The notes under the pieces were generated by a model. That model searched no databases. It saw only the letters and a list, made by a program, of their open reading frames with translations, and was not told where the DNA came from. This document shows positions 39,092 to 46,200 of a DNA stretch of 64,000 nt, piece after piece (position 1 is the stretch's first letter; every line of letters starts with the position of its first letter). Both the position numbers and the translations under genes were made by a program. The stretch is from positions 352,001 to 416,000 of the forward strand of contig CAXXQS010000002.1 in the NCBI GenBank assembly GCA_963674735.2. The letters run 5' to 3'. The stretch is from Myxococcota bacterium (lineage in GTDB: Bacteria > Myxococcota_A > SURF-8).

Positions 39092-41419
39092 TCAGTCTTC
39101 TTCCACCGTTAACGTGTAAGAGCCGGACGAACCCGAGCTGTAGCCATCCACCACGATGTAAACATAGCCGCTATTGCTGACGTCGAAATAGATGACCTCC
39201 GGGAACATGGTGATTTCATCATCGGCTCCCAAGCACACATCGACATCGTTGGCACAGGGAGAGCGCACCGACAAAACCGCGTCGAAATCGGTGTCGACAC
39301 GAACTTCGTAGCTGCCTCCGGCCGTCACTTCCAGCGCGTAGACATGCTCCGGACCCGAACCGCCGTAGATGTTACCGAATCCATTGACATCCTCGCAGCC
39401 ATCGGCATCCAGCGAACTGGCCGCCCCATTGGTGCTATCAGTGACGCTATATGGCAACGAACCGATCATGAACGGGCCGTCGCAGGTGCCGGGTGCGCCG
39501 GTGCAATAACAGATATCCATCCCCGACTCGGTGTTGGCATCGCAGGAATCGTAGCCTTCATACCCACCATCGGCGCAAACCTGCTGGCAGGGATGCAGCG
39601 CCAACTGGCCGTTATCACATACGCACAAGCTATCTCCATAGCAGGTAAACGGATAATCCTCCGTGCAGGAACCGGAACAGGACTCGCTATCACCATCGGT
39701 ATCATCGCCGTCGGTATCATCGCCGTCGGTGTCACCATCGACCGGATTGCAGGCATCCACTTCCCAGTCGCAGGCACCGCCGCAATCGCAAATCTGATCA
39801 TCGCCCCAACCACAGGGATCGCCTTCGGCACAACACGAATTACTGCCGGTATAGCCATCACAGAAAGGTAGACAATAACAGATATCCTCACCGGTATCGG
39901 GGTTGTCGCCGCAACGCGACGCATCGGCGTAGTCGGCCTCGCGGCAGATGGTTCCGCAGTTTTCCAGCATCAACTCGCCGCTGTCACAACTGCATAGATT
40001 GTCTTCGCCCACGCAGGTGAGCGGATAGGTATCGGTATCGCAGAAACCTTCGCATTCCGCACCGCTACCGCCACAGGTGCCGCTTACCGGCACGCAATAA
40101 GACGAAAGCACACCCGTTTCGATGCACTGGAAGCCGCTGGGGCAGCTCATGCCCGAGAACAAACCGCAATTGGTCGCGCAGCCGCCCTGCAAGCAGGTGG
40201 TGTCCAGTAGGCTTCCACAGTCGAAGGCGCTGGTGCAGGGCGAACAGAGCACATAGACGCACAGACCGGTGAACGTTTCGCAAATTTCGCCCGGCTGGCA
40301 ATCACTATGGGCCGAACATCTCACTGGAATATCGCCATCGGTGGGATCGTCGCCGTCAATCGGACCATCCTCGCAAGAATTGGTGGTGGGCCAACACTGG
40401 CTGACGGTATCGGAGATGTGTTTGCAATAGGTGTTGACAGCCGCACACGCCTGCCCATGCGCACAGTCGGTGCCGCAGAAGGTTCCCCCGCTTGCATCGG
40501 CAATACACATATCGAAAACACCCCCGCATTCGCCATCATAGCTACAGGATTCACACAAACCCAGCCCCGGTTCCACGACTTCATCGCTATCGCCATCCGA
40601 ATCATCGCCGTCCGTCTGTTCATCGCTGCAATAACCGCTCACCGGTTGACATTGCGAGCTGACGACATCGCCGGTTCCGCTGAAGATATCGGAGCAGCGA
40701 TAATTCTGCGGGCAATCCGGCTCCCCTTCTCCGCAAAAGCGCATACAGAATTTGCGGCCCGACAGATCTTCCATGCAGTAATCTTTGAGATTTTCGTTGC
40801 AATCGGGATCCGATTCACACTCGTTGCACAGGTTGCCGAGGGGAATATCGCCATCCGGGTCGTCGCCATCCGGATCGTCGCCATCGGAGTTGTCGCCATC
40901 CGGGTCGTCGCCATCGGGGTTGTCCCAGGCTTCGCAATATCCTTCCACGCAATGGTACCCGTTGGGACAATCGCGGCTATCTTCGCAACTTTGCTTTTCA
41001 TTGGAGGTATCGCCATCCCCGGAACCCGGGACATCGACGGTGACACAGATCCCGTTTTCAAGATCGCAGATCTGACCGGTGGGGCAATCGGCGTGGGACT
41101 GGCACGAAACCGAGGGCGTCCCGTCGATCTCGATGCATTGGCCGTTGAGGCAATCGTAACCGTCGGGGCACTCCTCCCAGGTCGTACAGCTCTGAGCCGG
41201 TTCGCAACGTTCCCCGATGCAAGAATAACCGACCGGACAATCCGTATCGTTACTGCAGAAAACGGATGTTTCGCACAACCCGGCATTGCAAAATTCTCCA
41301 ACGGAGCAATCCAGGTCCGTGGAGCAGCTCGTGCCGCCAATCTCGTCATCGGAGCAGGAACCGACGAACAATGCCATAAAAAGCAATCCCATCAACAGTG
41401 CAACCTGTCGATACATCAT
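39092..41419 (-). CDS. Cys-rich repeat lipoprotein with DGD linkers and C-terminal PPC-like beta domain
   Basis: Lipobox VGS|C; six C-x4-(D/E)C-x2-G-x2-C..C repeats, three LCxxCxxxxxC modules, two CxGxC..YP.TC modules; C-terminal GPEHVY.L.V...FDAVLSVR..C...YIVVDGY...G.YTL.V. Confidence 0.85.
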   Translation of the reverse strand: MMYRQVALLMGLLFMALFVGSCSDDEIGGTSCSTDLDCSVGEFCNAGLCETSVFCSNDTDCPVGYSCIGERCEPAQSCTTWEECPDGYDCLNGQCIEIDGTPSVSCQSHADCPTGQICDLENGICVTVDVPGSGDGDTSNEKQSCEDSRDCPNGYHCVEGYCEAWDNPDGDDPDGDNSDGDDPDGDDPDGDIPLGNLCNECESDPDCNENLKDYCMEDLSGRKFCMRFCGEGEPDCPQNYRCSDIFSGTGDVVSSQCQPVSGYCSDEQTDGDDSDGDSDEVVEPGLGLCESCSYDGECGGVFDMCIADASGGTFCGTDCAHGQACAAVNTYCKHISDTVSQCWPTTNSCEDGPIDGDDPTDGDIPVRCSAHSDCQPGEICETFTGLCVYVLCSPCTSAFDCGSLLDTTCLQGGCATNCGLFSGMSCPSGFQCIETGVLSSYCVPVSGTCGGSGAECEGFCDTDTYPLTCVGEDNLCSCDSGELMLENCGTICREADYADASRCGDNPDTGEDICYCLPFCDGYTGSNSCCAEGDPCGWGDDQICDCGGACDWEVDACNPVDGDTDGDDTDGDDTDGDSESCSGSCTEDYPFTCYGDSLCVCDNGQLALHPCQQVCADGGYEGYDSCDANTESGMDICYCTGAPGTCDGPFMIGSLPYSVTDSTNGAASSLDADGCEDVNGFGNIYGGSGPEHVYALEVTAGGSYEVRVDTDFDAVLSVRSPCANDVDVCLGADDEITMFPEVIYFDVSNSGYVYIVVDGYSSGSSGSYTLTVEED
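40847..40918 (-). repeat. 15-bp coding repeat (PDGDD-type), 5 DGD units
   Basis: Protein PDGDDPDGDNSDGDDPDGDDPDGD. Confidence 0.9.
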
Positions 41420-41498
41420 CACTCACCTCATCTCTGGTTAACCCTGGCACGTCCTGAAGAGACAGTATACCAAAATTTCGTTCGTTTGGCGTAATGAA

Positions 41499-41527
41499 AT
41501 CATAACCGAGATAATGCGGTGTGTCAA
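41499..41527 (-). promoter_or_regulatory. Putative sigma-70 promoter of the Cys-rich lipoprotein
   Basis: Minus strand TTGACA-N17-TATGAT. Confidence 0.65.
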
Positions 41528-41579
41528 AGTCGTTTTGCGCTGAATGCGCCGTTTTCGTTTTTCCGATTTCGAACCGGCT

Positions 41580-42626
41580 TTAATTGTAGCTACGACTCAG
41601 CGTACAGGTCGCCCCGAAATAAACCTCGGAGTCACCCGCCGTTTTCCGTTCGGAGTGGGTGCGTGAAACAGTCAGGGTCAGGCTGTAAAAGCTATCGGGC
41701 AGGTACGACAAAGCGGCGGACGGAAACGTAATCGATCCATCATCGCTGTCCTCGGTGCACATGACGGTGGCCCCGGTCATGATAGATCCTTCAAGCAACT
41801 CGAAACCACTGATCGTGGCCGTTATGCGACCCTCGGCGGGTGTCCAGCTTAGGCTCGTCGGAATCGACGCATCCAGGTCGGGATCCCGCAGGTCGGGTGC
41901 AAGACCGGCGAACGGCGTACAAACGGGGATAATCCCGTTGAGTGACGAAATTTCATCGCCACCGGAAACAACCGCCTGCAGGGTATCATCGGTCGAAAAC
42001 AACTCGGTCACGCCATCGCCCATATCGTCACTGTACAGCCAGCCGTATCCGGCGCTTTGATAGGGAGTCAGGGTTATGGGGCTGATGGCAGCTCCGCTGA
42101 TCGATATCACGCCTGCATTCAAGCCGAGACTCGTCTCGACCGGTTCGTCCGAGGGATAGGGAAAGACCAGGCAATGGTCGACGACGATGCCGGCCCCACT
42201 CGTCGCCGCCGTCCGACTGAAGTAAGCCCCCGCCGAAGCGATACGGGTAACCGTCGGACCGGGAGAAATCATTTCCATTTCAGACAAGGTCACGGATCCG
42301 GTGTAACGAAAGGAGGTTTCGTCGCCATCGGGAGCATCGCCATCGGGAGCGTCGCCATCGGGAGCGTCGCCATCGGGAGCGTCGCCGTCGGGAGCGTCGC
42401 CATCGGGAGCGTCGCCGTCGGGAGCGTCGCCGTCGGGAGAATCGCCGTCGGGAGCATCGCCGTCGGGAAGCCACCAGTCAAAATCTTGATCGCCGTCCAC
42501 ATCGCCATCTTCATCTGTGTCGTCGTCGCGCTCTCGCTCCCCTCCGTCATCCGAAGCCCCGCAAGCCGCTAAACACAAAGCGACAACAAGCCCGAAAAGA
42601 ATCAAGCGTATCCGGCCACGAGTCAT
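41580..42626 (-). CDS. Hypothetical lipoprotein with 10x PDGD repeat and beta-rich C-terminal domain
   Basis: Lipobox LAA|C; (PDGDA)n; C-terminal C..D.DDGS.T.P.AAL..LP motif. Confidence 0.82.
   Translation of the reverse strand: MTRGRIRLILFGLVVALCLAACGASDDGGERERDDDTDEDGDVDGDQDFDWWLPDGDAPDGDSPDGDAPDGDAPDGDAPDGDAPDGDAPDGDAPDGDAPDGDETSFRYTGSVTLSEMEMISPGPTVTRIASAGAYFSRTAATSGAGIVVDHCLVFPYPSDEPVETSLGLNAGVISISGAAISPITLTPYQSAGYGWLYSDDMGDGVTELFSTDDTLQAVVSGGDEISSLNGIIPVCTPFAGLAPDLRDPDLDASIPTSLSWTPAEGRITATISGFELLEGSIMTGATVMCTEDSDDGSITFPSAALSYLPDSFYSLTLTVSRTHSERKTAGDSEVYFGATCTLSRSYN
42321..42467 (-). repeat. 15-bp coding tandem repeat, 10 PDGD units
   Basis: [g/a]tcgcc[a/g]tcgggagc repeated; 147 nt = 49 aa. 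Confidence 0.95.
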
Positions 42627-42671
42627 GACAGCCTTCTTTTAAAGGGAAAAAACCGCTCTGTTTCAGCAGGC

Positions 42672-43031
42672 CTATCGCTGAACGTAAAACACATAGGGAT
42701 AGGTCATCGGCGTGAAAGGAAGACCGAAATCGACCGACCATTCATAGTACAGGTTCACGTCGTTGTAACGACGCGTGATCTCAACCTCACCGGAGAGATG
42801 GTCGACGATCTTCAGGATTTTGTAGGAATCGCTGATCACCTCACGAATTTCGCCATCGGTCATACCCACATCCACTTGTTCCAACGTACGATCGAACGCC
42901 AAGCCCAGTTCGTAGCGCGCGTAATATTGCGGGATGGTTTCGAAAGCAGCCAAAATAAGGAGACCGAGAACCAGTATCCAAAAGATAATAGAAATCTTGC
43001 CCGCACCCTTGTCATGGCGATCAAACGACAT
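42672..43031 (-). CDS. DUF4845-like small single-TM (pilin-like) protein
   Basis: KG|AGKISIIFWILVLGLLILAAFETIPQYY..Y; short beta-rich tail. GGGAG RBS; TTGACA-N17-TAATGT at 43120-43092. Confidence 0.65.
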   Translation of the reverse strand: MSFDRHDKGAGKISIIFWILVLGLLILAAFETIPQYYARYELGLAFDRTLEQVDVGMTDGEIREVISDSYKILKIVDHLSGEVEITRRYNDVNLYYEWSVDFGLPFTPMTYPYVFYVQR

Positions 43032-43169
43032 GGCGAACTCCCCTGGGATAGTCTTTTTATGAATACTGCTCGTACGTTTTCCAGCAGTCCAACATTAATG
43101 ATGGACGAGCCATTTGTCAACAGATATATTCAATCTTCACTACTAACAATAAAAAGATGACACAAATAT

Positions 43170-43209
43170 TAAAACGCGGCGACCGGAGCCCGCGCAAGCT
43201 CCGATCGCC
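43170..43209 (-). terminator. Putative terminator after the 1903-aa gene
   Basis: Stem GGCGACCGGAGC/GCTCCGATCGCC, followed on the minus strand by GCGTTTT and an AT-rich tract. Confidence 0.5.
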
Positions 43210-43280
43210 AGGGTGGGGATGGTCTCGCTCCACGCCCAACGGCGTGGAACTCAATCCGGCCATTCGGCCGAACGTTCCAG

Positions 43281-46200
43281 TTACTCAAGACCGTCGAACT
43301 CGCCTCCGGTTTCGATCACGCGGAGCATTTCCCGCGCGGCGATATCGAGTTCCACGACTTCGTCGGCGTCGGTATTGGCGATCACCAGTTGATGCTCGCT
43401 CTCGCCGAATTTGAATCCACGCGGACCCGCCAAGCGCTTGTTCTCGTAGAGAATTTCGCGTGAAGCCGGACCACCGTAGATCAGCTGCTGTTTGGTCTCG
43501 TCGCCGTGGGTGATGAGACGGGAAGGCGAAGCATGGTCCAGAACATCAGCGGAAAGGTACGTGATGTAACCGGATTCCGCCGGTACCACACGATCCTGAG
43601 CCGATCCGCGGAAGGGCCAGGTGTTGCTCTTGCCCTTGTAATGCAGCACCAGCAGGTTGCCATCGCTGTCGAACTGCATATCGGAGACATTGCGGAAGGC
43701 TTTATTGTCCGACAGACGTTCGGCGCTTTGGGGATGCCCGTTGCGCATGCGCACGCGGTAGAGGTAGTACTGGGCGATGAAGTAAAGGTCGCCCTCCGGA
43801 TCCAGCGCCGGGGTTAAAAGCTTGGTATTGCTGCTGACGATCTGCTCGCCCCATTTACCATCATCATCCGAGACACTACCGTCGTTTTCAATGGTGTAGC
43901 GGAAAATCTTCTTCGAGTTGCCGCGAGCGATGTACAGCCAGTTGTTGGCGCGGTCCAATACGGTACCGGTGGTTTTATCGATGCCGCGCGTCGAGCTGTC
44001 ACCCATCCAGAAACGCTCGGTACCACCGGCCTCACCATTGCGGCCTTCCGGGTTCTGCGCTCTGCCAAGTTGATTGTCCTGGTCATCGAGCACGATTTTC
44101 CAGATACCGTCGTCGTAGCCACTCGAATTATCGGTGGTGTACAGGTAACCCAACGATGAAAGATGCAAGCTGTTGGGACGGTAATCCTCACTCTGGGTGT
44201 TGGCGCTGGTATTGTCGGCCAACATCACTTGTCCGGTACGGTAACCCCGCTCCGCGACGGACATCACCGTACCCTTTGCGTTGTTGCTCTGGCTGGTGAT
44301 CGCCACACCATCGCGAGACCCGGCAATGTACAACGTACCATCGTTATCCAGCGCCACGTCCCAAGGACGTACGAGACCCGGGTAGGTAATCTCGAGTTGC
44401 TCACCGTCGGGATCGCAGACTTCGCCGAATCCGTCGCGGTCGAGGTCGATCTGATCGGTATTGGCCAGCAAGGGACAGTTATCCTCATCATCGAGCACGC
44501 CGTCGTCGTCGTCATCCTCGTCGATGCAATCGGCCTCACCGTCCTCGTCGGTATCGTCGAAATCTTCGTCGATCTCACCATCATCGTCGTTGTCTACGCC
44601 GTCGCAGACCTCCGGATCGATCACGGTTTCGTCCCAATCCATGGCGCAACGGAAGCCGATATGATCCGCCTTGAAAATGGGCAGGTAAGCCTTGCGGAAG
44701 AACACACGCGATTCGCGGGCGGTGGACATGAAGGAACCGCCACGGGCCACGCGGTTTTCGCAATTGGCCATGCAGGTCGGGTCCGCATTACAGGTGGACA
44801 GACATTCCGTCTCATCATCCACGTTGGGGAACTGAGTGGGATTTTCTTCGCTGGCGGCAGCCGGGTAGGTATGGTACCGGTCGTCCACCCACTCTTCGAC
44901 GTTGCCCGCCATATCATAGAGGCAACGGCCGTCGATACACACGGTGCCATCGCCCATGTCGTCGTTGGTTCCATCGAAACTACCCGCGGCCACTGCGGCG
45001 GCCAAGCCGAATTCAATCACGTTGGCCCGCAAACCTTCGAAGGTATCGCCCCAGGGGTAACGGTCGGAATCGGCGCCCTTGGCGGCAAATTCCCACTCGG
45101 CTTCGGTCGGCAGGCGCATCCCGTTTGAAACACAGTATTTTCGGGCATCGTTCCAGTCGACGAAGGTGACGGGATAATCGCCGCGCTTGTTGGACCAATA
45201 GGTGGCCTGGGCATTGGGTTGACGTTCGCAGCCGGTCGCGCATACGCCGTCGAGGTTGCAGAAGTGGTTGGCCGGACAAGCGGCATCGGACTCACAGGCA
45301 GTGTCGGTTTCGGTGTACGCCGCCACGCAAGCGCGATATTCGTTGTTGGTCACTTCCTTCTGCTGGAGCAGGTAGTTGTCCACTTCGACCCAGTGTTGAC
45401 GCTCATCCTCGTAGCGGTCGGACTGAGCGGTCGGACTGCCCATAAGGAAGATGGTGCGCGGGAAGGGCGCGAAGCCCAACGGCGGCGTGGGTTTGTCGGG
45501 CTGAGGAGCCATCACCGTGAATTTGAAGTGCGACGTATCGCCCCACAGACCCGCATGGTTCACACCTTTGACATGCAACCAGTAAGAGCCGGGTTCCAGA
45601 TCGTGCAGGCTGTACTCGCTGCTGGCCGTATCCACCTGCTCGTTGGGTTCCGATCCCGGTTCCTGGCTCACCATGTAACTGTAGCCTTCGATACCGGACG
45701 TATCGCTCAAGCTCCACTGGAATTCGGGGTTGGGATTGACATAACCCATTTCCTGGCTGATGTGGGTCGTCGAGCTGATGACCGGTGCGCCGGGAGCGCT
45801 GCTGTCGATTTTGACACGGTAGTGGGCCGTTTCGCCCCAGTTACCCGAATCATCCACCGCGTGCACGTGGAAATACCACACGCCATCGGCGACATCGTGG
45901 TAGGTGGCGGCGCCATCGAGGCTGGGCGTGTGCAGGCTGGGGTCGGCACAGGGGGGCAGATCGCCCGTATCCCCGTCGCCTGTGATGATATCTCGACCCG
46001 GCTGCATGGTGAAGCTGTAGGTGCCTTCCACCGTTTCACCGCGATCGAGCTTGTGCTTGATGGAAGGACCATGACTGTCGATCTGGAAGCTGACGTTGAG
46101 ACCGGCCGGTTCGTCCTGTGCGGCCAAAGCGGCCAAGAACGCCGAACCGATCGTATTGGTGACCGACATATTGGTCACCTTCATCCAGAAGGAACCGCTA

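Noticed and set aside
42321-42467. CRISPR-like array
   Set aside because: Contiguous 15-bp units without spacers, in frame within a CDS; no cas genes.
44643-44760. Diversity-generating retroelement target (FGE/CLec domain end)
   Set aside because: No reverse transcriptase and no template repeat differing at adenines is visible in the window, and the domain is internal. A remote DGR cannot be excluded without a genome search.
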